DNA from: an uncultured Gemmataceae bacterium
GTDB lineage: Bacteria > Planctomycetota > Planctomycetia > Gemmatales > Gemmataceae
DNA: 64,000 nt
Direction of reading: 5' to 3'
Assembly (NCBI GenBank): GCA_963750165.1
Contig: CAVVPN010000011.1
Location: 992,001-1,056,000, forward strand
The first letter of the stretch is position 1, and every line of letters begins with the position of its first letter. The notes beneath the pieces are model-generated. The model was not told the DNA's origin and did no database searches. It saw only the letters and a program-made list of their open reading frames with translations. Below, one piece after another: positions 1 through 9,382 of this stretch. Both the position numbers and the translations under genes were made by a program.

Positions 1-263
1 TTGGCCTGATACCCTGTCGAGTCGCTGGTCACGGGTGGCGTGAGCAGCTTGACCACTTGCCTTCCCAACTCCTGCTGCACCGCCTTGAGGAGCCGAGGTT
101 CGGTGATCTCGCTGGACCCTTGTTCGATGGGCCAGTCGTCCAATCCCATTACCATCACCGACAGATTGGGCAATTCGACCATCGCCCCGACACCATAGGT
201 GAAGAGGAGTTGGCTGGGGCGGATGTCGCCTACTTTCCGCTTGTCCGTGGCGAGGTTACTCAT
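1..263 (-). CDS. drmB: DISARM DrmB (DUF1998 family), 5' part only; runs off the window
   Basis: Manual translation from ATG at 263 gives MSNLATDKRKVGDIRPSQLLFTYGVGAMVELPNLSVMVMGLDDW, the typical DrmB N-terminus. It has an ATGA overlap with the drmA stop. Confidence 0.85.
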   Translation of the reverse strand, partial: MSNLATDKRKVGDIRPSQLLFTYGVGAMVELPNLSVMVMGLDDWPIEQGSSEITEPRLLKAVQQELGRQVVKLLTPPVTSDSTGYQA

Positions 264-3200
264 GACGCTTCTTCCTCCTCGCCACCCTCAGTGTCTTCGC
301 TGACCGACGTTACAAAGGTAGGATCGCCGTCCAATCCGCCGTCGTGGAAGATCAGCCCGACTGTCGGCTCCACGTCTCGTAGCGAGTTGAGGCAAGTGAA
401 ATCATCCCACGGATCGAGGGCGGGGCGATGTAGCAAGCCCACTGTCACACCGTCACGTTCCTCGTCGTAGCCCAACACTCGCCCGCCAGCGGTCTTTTGA
501 GCTTCGGCGAGCCATTGGTCGAGCCGCTCGTTCAACTCGGTTTTCAGGTTCTTGATGAAGTCGTCGTCGCTGTTGCCGACCAGTTCGGCCCGCCGCAGGA
601 TCGTCTTAACGGCCTCCTGCACATACGGATGGTTGCGGTCGATGCGGGCGGCTTTCTTATTCGAGTTGAACTCGGTCCCTTGCAGTCGCACGCACGAGAT
701 CAAGAGCGCCGTCAACCCACGGCTCAAGGCTCCCAAGGCGAACGGAGTCACCGACAGTGCCTCGACGTGCTTGTAGAACGTAGCGTGGTAGTGCTCGAAA
801 GTCTCATAGTGCGACAGGTCGCGGGGCCGCGTCCAGTTGTAGACCGTGAAGACCAGACCGGGGAACTTGCGTCCGACCCGGCTGGTGGCCTGAATGTATT
901 CTGCTGTCGTCTTCGGCTGACCTGCCACTACCATGAGGCCGAGTCGCTGCACGTCCACGCCTACCGAGACCATGTTGGTCGCCAGCAGCACATCGAGCGG
1001 GCGTCTCGGCATCTCATGGATGCGCCCCTTTTTCTTCAACTCTTCGCGTTTAGCTTCGATCAGGGGGTTGAATTCCGCTTCAAGGTGGTCGAGCACTTGG
1101 GGAATGTCCGTCGAATCCTTGCGGGATGTCAGTTCGTCCACCATGTAGAGCGACCGCCTCGACAGACCACGCTGGTCCATTTTTCCCAACCGGGTCTTCA
1201 CGTCGTCATCCACCAGCCGTCGCATTCCGGCGAGTTCCCGCATTGAGTTGAAGTAGCCGATGAGGGTCATCCACGAGTCGGCATCCTTGCCGTAGCCCTT
1301 CTTTTCGTAGAGCGTCTGGGCGGCGGAAAGCAGGGCGAGATACACCCGGATCAGAGAAACCTTGAGTCGGCGACCGGGGGCGCAAATGCCGATGTAGCGG
1401 CGACCGGGAAGTTCCTCACTCGGCTTTCGTTGGAGGGCGAAGAAATTGTCTCGCACGTCCAAGGCGTAGGGTGGGAAGACGTTGACCTTGCGCAGAAAGG
1501 TCGCGTGGATCTGATCCCCGGCCTTGCGGATCGTCGCGGTCGAGGCAATGACCTTGGGCCGCACGGTCTTGCCGTTCACCTCCCACGAACACAGTTTGTC
1601 CACCGCCGTCTCGTATAAGCCGACGAGCGTACCCAGCGGCCCGGAGATCAAGTGCAACTCGTCCTGAATGATGAGGTCCGGTGGCCGCAGTAACGGGTGC
1701 TGTTTTGTCTTGGTGGCTGGCAGTTTGCCCTTCTTGACGTGCGACTCGCCACAGGTCAGTTCTGGAGAACAATAACCGTGGCGGTCACAATAGGCTTCAA
1801 CCTGTCCGAAAAGCATCTGGACCTTGCCGTTCCACGGCATCTGGGCGAACTTGTCCACGGTGGCGATGAGCAACGTCGGCAGGCGGCGGTAGATCTCTTC
1901 ATCGACCACAAGTACCGGAATGCCTTCCAGCGGCGACTGCTTGCCGCTGAAAGGGCAACGGCCCAGCACGTCGCCGCAGAACGAGACCGTGCGGCTACGG
2001 CCCTTCGCGTAGGTTTCCACCTTGATGTGCAGACCAACATTGATCTTGGCACCGCACCAAGGACAGTTAGTCAATTGAGCCGGGGAGCCGCTTCCTTTTC
2101 CCTTGAACTTGCCGCCATGCTCCTGCTGGATTGCTTCCGCCGCCCCATCAGTCGTGTTCGGCGTCGTCTTCTGACCAACCCAGAGGCCGATGCGGAACGG
2201 CTCCTTGCCCCATTTCTTCTCGTCGCCGCGCCGAATGACCTCGCAGGCGCAGACAAGGGCCGTCGCCCGCTGGAACTGTTGGATCGTCAGAAGCCGCAGC
2301 GTGTAGCGCATTAGCACGGCCACACCCTGTTCGCCCGAGCGACCCGCTACGCTCCCTTGGAGCCGTCGCAGGGCCATCGTATACGCCGACAGGCCAAGGT
2401 AGGCTTCGGTCTTGCCGCCGCCTGTAGGGAACCACAATAGGTCGGCTACCGCATTCTCTTCGCCGATTCGATCTACGTGGTCGAACTTGGTGATGCCGGG
2501 AAGGTTCAACAGAATGAACGCCAACTGAAATGGATACCACGAGCGGTTGCGAGGCTCGTCGATGGTCTTGAGGTCGGCCTCTTCGTCCCGCCGCCGCTTT
2601 TGCGAGTAGATGGTGTGGACGCGCTGCTGCCACATGGCCTGATTGGCAAACCGGAAGGCTTCCGCCGCCTTCTCGTCCTCTTGCAGTAGTTTGAGACCGG
2701 CTTCGATCCGCTTCAGGGCATTCTTGCAGAGTTCGAGCGCCGTTTGGCCCGGCTTCTGGTAGAGGGCCATGTCCGGTTTCGTGAGGTCAGCCTCCCGCTC
2801 CTTGATCCATGCCGCATACGCCGTTACCAGCGGACGCAGCTTCTTGTCCAACTCGGCGGTCGGCGTCTCGCCCAACTCCTTCATGTCCACTGCCAGCCCG
2901 GCCAGCTTGGGCAAGTCGGCTCCGGTCGGCGGGGTGGTGCGCGGGACTTCGTAGGTCGGCACCACCTTGGTCGAGATGCGGAAGGCCCGGTCGCAGACGC
3001 CTTCGGGACAGTCAACGTGTATGCTCACGCCATGTCCTACGCCGAACTCGACGTGCTGGCGGTAAAGCATTGCCATCTCCTGTTCCTCGGCAAAAGTGAC
3101 CGGATCGCTCTTACCGGGGTCGCGCTGCTGGGGGCGGCTGTGCAACACTGGCTTGCTATCAGGCGACTGGACGCTCAATTCCGGCTGGAAGATCCACGCC

Positions 3201-3790
3201 ATATCCCGCAACTTCTTCGGCTCCTGCTGGCCGTTGACCAAGAAGAGCGTGATGGTCCAGAAGTGGTCGCGCTTGCGGAGAAGCCCCTGTACCTCGACTT
3301 CGGGAAATTCATTGTCCGGCGTCCAGTTCAGCCTGCCTACCTTCAACGGGATCGGCTCCGATACTCCTCCTCGCGGGCTCCGTTTCCAGACCACCTTCTT
3401 CTCGCCCTTGGTTGTCGTGAGGGTGGCGCTGCGGTCGCGGTGATAGTGGCCCCAGCGTGCAGTAAGTTGAAGTTCCTTGGCGTCCAGATCGACGCAGAAC
3501 GTCATCCCGAAGGAAGACGGAAACATCGTCTTCGTCGAGGGGGCAGTGGCTTCGGTGGAGCCGTCCTCAGCGGCCCCACTGCCCCCTTGAGGCAATTCGT
3601 CGAATTCCTCGGGAGAAAGCTCCTGCCGCTTGGGGGCGAGCATCCCGACAAGATAGCGGTCGCGCACGCTGGGCTCGTCGATCTCTTCGTCCTGCCCGCC
3701 GACCGGCCCGAGGAGGTCGTTCAGGACCATCTGCTCCAGTTCGTCCCGAATCTTCATCGAGGACGGGATGCTTTGCAGGAGGTTGCTCAT
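260..3790 (-). CDS. drmA: DISARM SF2 helicase DrmA
   Basis: 1176 aa with LLWFPTGGGKTEAY, MRYTLRLLTIQQFQR, IIQDELH, ASTAT, LATNMVSVGVD, YIQATSRVGR and RPRDLSHYE motifs. Lies directly upstream of drmB. Confidence 0.92.
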   Translation of the reverse strand: MSNLLQSIPSSMKIRDELEQMVLNDLLGPVGGQDEEIDEPSVRDRYLVGMLAPKRQELSPEEFDELPQGGSGAAEDGSTEATAPSTKTMFPSSFGMTFCVDLDAKELQLTARWGHYHRDRSATLTTTKGEKKVVWKRSPRGGVSEPIPLKVGRLNWTPDNEFPEVEVQGLLRKRDHFWTITLFLVNGQQEPKKLRDMAWIFQPELSVQSPDSKPVLHSRPQQRDPGKSDPVTFAEEQEMAMLYRQHVEFGVGHGVSIHVDCPEGVCDRAFRISTKVVPTYEVPRTTPPTGADLPKLAGLAVDMKELGETPTAELDKKLRPLVTAYAAWIKEREADLTKPDMALYQKPGQTALELCKNALKRIEAGLKLLQEDEKAAEAFRFANQAMWQQRVHTIYSQKRRRDEEADLKTIDEPRNRSWYPFQLAFILLNLPGITKFDHVDRIGEENAVADLLWFPTGGGKTEAYLGLSAYTMALRRLQGSVAGRSGEQGVAVLMRYTLRLLTIQQFQRATALVCACEVIRRGDEKKWGKEPFRIGLWVGQKTTPNTTDGAAEAIQQEHGGKFKGKGSGSPAQLTNCPWCGAKINVGLHIKVETYAKGRSRTVSFCGDVLGRCPFSGKQSPLEGIPVLVVDEEIYRRLPTLLIATVDKFAQMPWNGKVQMLFGQVEAYCDRHGYCSPELTCGESHVKKGKLPATKTKQHPLLRPPDLIIQDELHLISGPLGTLVGLYETAVDKLCSWEVNGKTVRPKVIASTATIRKAGDQIHATFLRKVNVFPPYALDVRDNFFALQRKPSEELPGRRYIGICAPGRRLKVSLIRVYLALLSAAQTLYEKKGYGKDADSWMTLIGYFNSMRELAGMRRLVDDDVKTRLGKMDQRGLSRRSLYMVDELTSRKDSTDIPQVLDHLEAEFNPLIEAKREELKKKGRIHEMPRRPLDVLLATNMVSVGVDVQRLGLMVVAGQPKTTAEYIQATSRVGRKFPGLVFTVYNWTRPRDLSHYETFEHYHATFYKHVEALSVTPFALGALSRGLTALLISCVRLQGTEFNSNKKAARIDRNHPYVQEAVKTILRRAELVGNSDDDFIKNLKTELNERLDQWLAEAQKTAGGRVLGYDEERDGVTVGLLHRPALDPWDDFTCLNSLRDVEPTVGLIFHDGGLDGDPTFVTSVSEDTEGGEEEEAS

Positions 3791-3915
3791 AAACCGTGTC
3801 CCAAGTTGTTCACTTCATGCAGGTAACGCCGATTCGCCGGGCCGATATTCCGCAGGCGAACCAGAGACAGCATAGCCGGTGTCTTGACAAAATGCAACAA
3901 GAATTCAAGTTTCGA

Positions 3916-3944
3916 TTGACTTTGTAAACCTCTGGGCTGATAAT
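3916..3944 (+). promoter_or_regulatory. sigma70-type promoter for the QueC-IrrE-PIN operon
   Basis: TTGACT (3916-3921), a 17-nt spacer and GATAAT (3939-3944) in an AT-rich intergenic gap, 50 nt before the ATG at 3995. Confidence 0.6.
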
Positions 3945-3994
3945 GTTCCTAGACGGAGCAGGACGCTTAGCCGAACCTCGGAGCGAACACCAAC

Positions 3995-4573
3995 ATGGCT
4001 GAGAACGAATCGCTGGACCTCGGCTCTTCTTACGCGAAACGCTGGGACGCCGCTTTCACCGCCGCCCAAAACGGCGACCCCTGCGAAAAGGTCGCCCCCA
4101 AGGTCAGCAAGGCGCTGTATGACGGGGTGCGGAAAGCGCTCAAGCAATTTCAGGAGCACGGCATCACCCTCTCCGACTTGCTGGACGCCCGCGACTCGCG
4201 GCAACGGCTTCGCCAGTTGATCCGCCAGATCGGGGGCCACCAGTACGCCCAGCTTTTTGAGTCCGCCGCTCACGCGAGCGGCCCCACCGCCAAGGACTGT
4301 GTACAGGGGTGGGTCGAAGCGATCCTCGACAAAGTGTTCGACCAGATCTGCCTCCGAATCACCGAGACGGACGAATCGCGCACCTTTTTCGATCTCAAGG
4401 AGCTTGCCGACACCGTGCGCGATGCTGTCGCGGGTGACGTGGAGCACCTCGCCACCACACTTGCCAACAACCCCGACTGGCGACCGCAGCGAAAATCGGG
4501 GAAAGCCAAGTCCGCAGACGCCACCAGTCCCACGGAAGAACTGATGGGCATGTCGCTACTGGGAGGCAAGTAA
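3995..4573 (+). CDS. Hypothetical helical protein, first gene of the QueC-like operon
   Basis: 192-aa ORF after the promoter, ending 2 nt before the next ATG. No recognisable motif. Confidence 0.75.
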   Translation: MAENESLDLGSSYAKRWDAAFTAAQNGDPCEKVAPKVSKALYDGVRKALKQFQEHGITLSDLLDARDSRQRLRQLIRQIGGHQYAQLFESAAHASGPTAKDCVQGWVEAILDKVFDQICLRITETDESRTFFDLKELADTVRDAVAGDVEHLATTLANNPDWRPQRKSGKAKSADATSPTEELMGMSLLGGK

Positions 4574-4575
4574 CC

Positions 4576-5988
4576 ATGATAACCCAGCGGTTCCCGTTCA
4601 CCACGTCTTTCTGGGTACGTCCCCAGAACAACGTCATCGAACTCCGCGCGGGCAAGCACTTCCGGTTTGACCTCGACGCCGTGAACACCTTCTGCCTCGG
4701 GGACTTGCCCGCCCGGCTCGTGGACTTCCTGCGGATCTCTTCGGCGTTCTACGTCGTGGACCGTCTCGTGAAGCGCCGACCCACGGGCGGCGTGAGGAAA
4801 CCCTCTCGCACCATCGGCCTGAAGGTCGGGGTGCTGGACGCCGGGTTCTGGGGCCAGCGCGAGGTCCGTGACGCGATCCTAGACACCGTGGAGTTCGTTA
4901 GCAGCGACTTCTGGGACATCGAGTTCCTTCAAGACACGTCGCCGTTCTGCCGGACTGACCGCTTCTTGCCCGACCCGTATGAGGGGATGTCGCCGCTCGT
5001 CTGCTTGTACAGCGGCGGTCTCGATTCCGCCGCAGGTCTGGTGGCCCGCATGGTCGAGTGTCCCGGCAGGCCGGTGCTGCCTGTCACGATTTGGCATCAG
5101 CCCCGGCAGCGTCACCTCGTCCGCGAGCAGTTGAAACTCCTTGGCGGTCGGTTCGACGTTCCGGTCGATCCGCTGATAGTCAAGGTGGCGATGATGTGGA
5201 AGTCGCTCCTCGACCGGGATCTGGAGGAGAACACCCAGCGCTGCCGCTGTTTCCAGTTCGCCTCGATAGGCGCGATTGCAGCCATCATGCACGGCCAGCG
5301 GATCGTGGAGGTCTTCGAGTCCGGCATCGGGGCCATCAACCTACCCCTGATGGCCGGGATGGTCGGCGCGATGACGACCAAGAGCGCCCATCCGAAGTTC
5401 CTGCGCTTGATGTCCCACCTCGCCAGCCTCGTCGCTGATGGCGAGGTCGAGTTCCGCCTGCCGTTCTTCGACCGGACGAAGGGTGAGGTGGTCCGCACGA
5501 TGGCCGAGGCGGGGTTGGAGGAACTGGCCCGCCAAACGGCATCCTGTGTGCATTACCCACTTCGGCATTCGCAGCAGAAGCAGTGCGGCGTCTGCCCGGC
5601 CTGCGTCTTCCGGCGACAGGCGATGACGGTTGCCGGAATCACGGAGCCTGACGACACGTACAAGTACGACTTCATGGGTTCGTCGGGCGGGACGGCTCGG
5701 ATTCCGTCTAAAGGACTCCTTTACCTTAAGGCATTCTTGATGCAGGTGGCGTCACTGAAGGACGCCTGCGCCGGGAAGTCCCTCCCTCGCTCCGTCGCCC
5801 GCCACCTCGTCAGCACCGAGGTTCTGGCTGACGGATGCCCGCGAGAGGCAGTGACCGCCCTGCTTGCCCGCTACCGGGACGAGTGGATGGACATCGCCTC
5901 GGACGGATACCGGAAAGGGTTGGCGTGGTCGCGGCTCCTCGCCGCGCCACGACTACAGAAACAAGGAGTGACCCATGCCTCAGTCTGA
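4576..5988 (+). CDS. QueC-like PP-loop ATP pyrophosphatase (QatC/Cap9-type defence-associated QueC homologue)
   Basis: YSGGLDS PP-loop, FESGIGAINLPL, TKSAHP, TKGEV, TASC and the Zn motif CGVCPACVFRR. At 470 aa with an N-terminal extension it resembles QatC more than the ~230-aa housekeeping QueC. Confidence 0.8.
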   Translation: MITQRFPFTTSFWVRPQNNVIELRAGKHFRFDLDAVNTFCLGDLPARLVDFLRISSAFYVVDRLVKRRPTGGVRKPSRTIGLKVGVLDAGFWGQREVRDAILDTVEFVSSDFWDIEFLQDTSPFCRTDRFLPDPYEGMSPLVCLYSGGLDSAAGLVARMVECPGRPVLPVTIWHQPRQRHLVREQLKLLGGRFDVPVDPLIVKVAMMWKSLLDRDLEENTQRCRCFQFASIGAIAAIMHGQRIVEVFESGIGAINLPLMAGMVGAMTTKSAHPKFLRLMSHLASLVADGEVEFRLPFFDRTKGEVVRTMAEAGLEELARQTASCVHYPLRHSQQKQCGVCPACVFRRQAMTVAGITEPDDTYKYDFMGSSGGTARIPSKGLLYLKAFLMQVASLKDACAGKSLPRSVARHLVSTEVLADGCPREAVTALLARYRDEWMDIASDGYRKGLAWSRLLAAPRLQKQGVTHASV

Positions 5989-7195
5989 CACGCTCGATCC
6001 CCGCATTGTGGGCCAGCGGATCACCGAGGCTCGCAAAGCCCGTGGCAAGACGCAGGAGGAAGTCGCCGATTTTTTGGGGTGTAGTCGTCCTACCTACATC
6101 GCCATCGAGAAGGGCGACCGTCTCGCCAAGTCGGAAGAGATCATCAAGCTCGCCTCCTTCTTGGGTCGCAAGGTCCACGAACTCGTGCGCCCCACCGAGC
6201 CAGTCGTGGACCTCCAGCCACATCTCCGCGCCGCCGTCGAGAAGATGAAGGGGGCGGACGAGGCAGTGCTCAACGCTGCTATTGACGAACTTCAGCGACT
6301 CGCCGAAGACTACCGGGACTTGGAGAAGTTGATGAACGCGCCATTGCGCTTCAACTATCCCCCGGAGGTCACGCTGAGCCCACGGATCGACCCGGCTGAA
6401 CTGGCCGAGGGCGTGGCTCTTCAGGAGAGGCAGCGGCTCGGACTGGGCGACCAGCCTGTGATCTACTTGCGCAACACGTTGGAGTGGGATGTCGGCCTGC
6501 GGATCTTCTACTGGAGCTTGCCCTCACCCATCGCTGGGATGTACGCCTACACGGCGGACCTCGGCTGTTGCATCCTCGTCAATCGCAAGCACCCGCCCGA
6601 GCGGAGGCGAGTCTCGATGCTGCACGAGTACGGTCATTTGATCGTGGACCGCTACAAGCCCGGCATCGACTACCTGTCGATGACCGGACGCAAGCCTGCT
6701 AACGAGCGTTTCGCGGAGTCGTTCGCGCTGAGTTTCCTGATGCCGACGAGTTCCGTGCGGCAGCGGTTCCACGACATCGTGACGACGACCGGCAACTTTC
6801 GAGTGGCCGACCTGCGACGATTGAGTCATTTTTACTACGTCTCGATGGAGGCGATGGCTCTGCGGTTGGAGCAGTTGGGACTCATTCAAAAGGGAAGCTC
6901 GCAGTTCTTGAAGGAGTCGAAGTTCTCACCACGTGAGGCGGCGGAACTGCTGTGCTTGCAGCCACAGCCGGTGAACGACTTCCCGTTCCCCGACCGCTAC
7001 AAGTATCTCGCCGTTGCCGCCTACGAGCGAGGAGAGATCGGCGACGGCGACCTCGCGCATTACCTGCGGTGTGACATCGTGACGGCCCGAGAAATCGCGT
7101 CGGCGACCCTGACTAGCCGAGAGATGGAGCCCACCGGCGAGGCGAGCGCGTGGCGGCTCGACTTCGCCAAATCGCTACTCAGTACAACCCCCTGA
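5975..7195 (+). CDS. XRE HTH fused to an ImmA/IrrE (M78) metallopeptidase
   Basis: N-terminal HTH (RITEARKARGKTQEEVADFLGCSRPTYIAIEKG), HEYGH zincin motif and a downstream E-x-x-A (ERFAESFA). Confidence 0.88.
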   Translation: MPQSDTLDPRIVGQRITEARKARGKTQEEVADFLGCSRPTYIAIEKGDRLAKSEEIIKLASFLGRKVHELVRPTEPVVDLQPHLRAAVEKMKGADEAVLNAAIDELQRLAEDYRDLEKLMNAPLRFNYPPEVTLSPRIDPAELAEGVALQERQRLGLGDQPVIYLRNTLEWDVGLRIFYWSLPSPIAGMYAYTADLGCCILVNRKHPPERRRVSMLHEYGHLIVDRYKPGIDYLSMTGRKPANERFAESFALSFLMPTSSVRQRFHDIVTTTGNFRVADLRRLSHFYYVSMEAMALRLEQLGLIQKGSSQFLKESKFSPREAAELLCLQPQPVNDFPFPDRYKYLAVAAYERGEIGDGDLAHYLRCDIVTAREIASATLTSREMEPTGEASAWRLDFAKSLLSTTP

Positions 7196-7212
7196 TCCGA
7201 CAAGGATTCGTC

Positions 7213-7767
7213 ATGTCTCAAGCAGCCATTGACGCCTGCTGCATGTTCGACCTATTGGCTTCGGGACAGGCCGAGGCCATCCTTCGAGCCAGTGGCTTCA
7301 CATGGCAGTTGCCCTCTGCCGTGCAGGGTGAGGTTCAGTACCTTCGTCAACACGACCCGGCGCAACCGGGGAAGTTTGTGAAGGTTCCTGCCGACCTTTC
7401 GGGCGTGATTTCCTCCGGGGTCTTGACCGTTTGCTCCCCGGAGAACCAACAGGAGTTGGACCGCTACACCCACTATGCCACAGTGTTTCGTTCGGACGGC
7501 GAGTCGATGTGTCTGGCGCTTGCCGAGAGGCGGGGGTGGGTCGTCGCAACGGATGATCGAAAAGCGATTCGGGTCGCCCAGCAGGCGGGCCTGACGGTGG
7601 TATCCTGCCCCCAACTGATCAAGGCGTGGGCCGACGCGACTGCACCGGATCAAACCGTGCTGATCAAGGTCTTGCAAGACATTCAGGTACTCGCCCAATT
7701 CAAGCCGAATCCTTCCATGCCCGAGTACAAATGGTGGGTCGATGAGCTTGCAAAAAGCAGTCCGTAA
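7213..7767 (+). CDS. PIN-domain nuclease
   Basis: From ATG 7213 it shows the PIN acidic residue pattern: AIDACC, VQGEV, DGESMCLALA, VATDDRKA. Confidence 0.75.
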   Translation: MSQAAIDACCMFDLLASGQAEAILRASGFTWQLPSAVQGEVQYLRQHDPAQPGKFVKVPADLSGVISSGVLTVCSPENQQELDRYTHYATVFRSDGESMCLALAERRGWVVATDDRKAIRVAQQAGLTVVSCPQLIKAWADATAPDQTVLIKVLQDIQVLAQFKPNPSMPEYKWWVDELAKSSP

Positions 7768-7885
7768 TAGGCGCAGGTCGAGGCTCGTCGAAACTTCTCT
7801 TTCCGCGAATCCACGGAGCCAAGAAATCGACCAGCACCATTTGTTCTAACCCTTCCTGACTCATCATCGGGATGGGATCGCGGTC

Positions 7886-9382
7886 TTACACCTTGTCCTT
7901 GGAGAACAACACTCTGTCAATCTCTTGCGCTCCGAGAACCTCCTTGGCCTCCGCGATCCTCCTTTGCAGTCGCTCGATCAGAAGAGCATGTGACTCGTCC
8001 GTGAAGGTGAAGATGCGAATCGAGCCATGCCGCCCAACTCGGACAAACTGGCCGATTCGCGCTTCGAGAATCGCAGGGTTCAGAGGAAGATCATAGAAGA
8101 CAACGGCTGCTACTTCAGGGATCGGAGTCGCCACGGCTTCGGTAGCGATCAAGATGCCGCCGTTCTCAGCAAAGTCAGCAACGCCCCGCTCGCGTTCTGC
8201 GAACGAATGGCTTCCCGTCAGCACTCGAACTTGCGAGAAACGGTCTCGAAGAGTGATTTCCAAGTAGGTTGCGGTGTCAACGAATCTGGTGAATACGCAC
8301 ACGCGGCGCTCAGCGCCATCCTTGACACCCAATGAGGTCAGTAGATTTAGAAGGGCACCACACTTGGAATCCGACGCGACATCTTCCAGCATTTGCAGGA
8401 TTGGGTTAGCAATCTCGGCCAGTTCAAGATGAATCCTGATCTGATCGGCCTTTGCGAGCGATGCAGGCTGCACAGTTTCGCTTTCTTCAGCATCCTGCTC
8501 GGCTTCAGATACCCCGGCGATTCCATGAGCAAGCTCATTCCGGCGTTGGCGTAGTCGGCGCAGTCTTTGCTCAAGAGCAAATAGACTGGACGAAGCTGAC
8601 TGCAACAAGGTCACGGCGATGAGCCGCGTTTGAGGATCAGAACCGCTGATCGACTGCAAAGAGTCTTGCAGCCGAGCCAGCACCGCTGCCTCATCTGCAT
8701 GTCGATGGTGAGCAACCCATTCGATATGTACCTCTGGCAACAGCGGCCTGCCCTCATGGTCACGCAAGTTCTCGCGCGACCAAACGGTAATCGCTGCGTC
8801 ACGGAAGAGCCCAGACGATCTGTCGATCTCTGGACTGTCCAACGATCCACCTACGCGGAGGAACAGGGCGCGCATCATTGGCGCTCGGCTAAGCAGGTCC
8901 ATGACTAACTTGCCGCGCTGCGTGTCGGGCGTCACCAGTTGCACTTCATCGACGACCATCAGATCCCATGTAACGCTACCGAGACTCTCTGCGACATCCG
9001 CCTGCTTCGCAAAGTCAACCGACATGATGATGACGGAGTTCATCGGCCAGATGTCCTCACCCACTGGCCGTCGAGCTTCAAGCTCTCGCAGACGAGGACG
9101 ATCAACAAGTAGGAGCGAAGCATGTGCATCGCCTCGTTCGATGGTGTCTCGCCATTGCCAGACTAAGGCGGAAGGGGCCAGCACGAGAACTCGATGAGCT
9201 TGCCCAGAAAGAAGCGAGTAATTGATGATCGCTGCTGCCGCGAAAGACTTCCCCATACCGGGCGCGCTGATGAGAAGTTGCCTCCGCACCGCGTCCGGGG
9301 CAAAGAATGCCGCTGCGTACTCGGCCTGATGAGGTAGGCACCCTTTGCCGGTGAATGCCTTCTGCAAGGGGGTGTCGTTCAT
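7886..9382 (-). CDS. Degenerate SNF2/RapA-like helicase-fold protein
   Basis: Starts MNDTPL at 9382 (ATGA overlap). Has APGMGKS, VLVLAPSAL, VVDEVQ, VFTRFVDT and FYDLPLNP, but motifs III and VI are degenerate. Confidence 0.75.
   Translation of the reverse strand: MNDTPLQKAFTGKGCLPHQAEYAAAFFAPDAVRRQLLISAPGMGKSFAAAAIINYSLLSGQAHRVLVLAPSALVWQWRDTIERGDAHASLLLVDRPRLRELEARRPVGEDIWPMNSVIIMSVDFAKQADVAESLGSVTWDLMVVDEVQLVTPDTQRGKLVMDLLSRAPMMRALFLRVGGSLDSPEIDRSSGLFRDAAITVWSRENLRDHEGRPLLPEVHIEWVAHHRHADEAAVLARLQDSLQSISGSDPQTRLIAVTLLQSASSSLFALEQRLRRLRQRRNELAHGIAGVSEAEQDAEESETVQPASLAKADQIRIHLELAEIANPILQMLEDVASDSKCGALLNLLTSLGVKDGAERRVCVFTRFVDTATYLEITLRDRFSQVRVLTGSHSFAERERGVADFAENGGILIATEAVATPIPEVAAVVFYDLPLNPAILEARIGQFVRVGRHGSIRIFTFTDESHALLIERLQRRIAEAKEVLGAQEIDRVLFSKDKV

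Noticed and set aside
4576..5988. Housekeeping queC, Dpd DNA modification, or a canonical Qat/CBASS IV system
   Set aside because: No queD, queE, folE, dpdA/tgt, QatA, TatD or CD-NTase is visible in the window, and the protein is about twice the size of canonical QueC.
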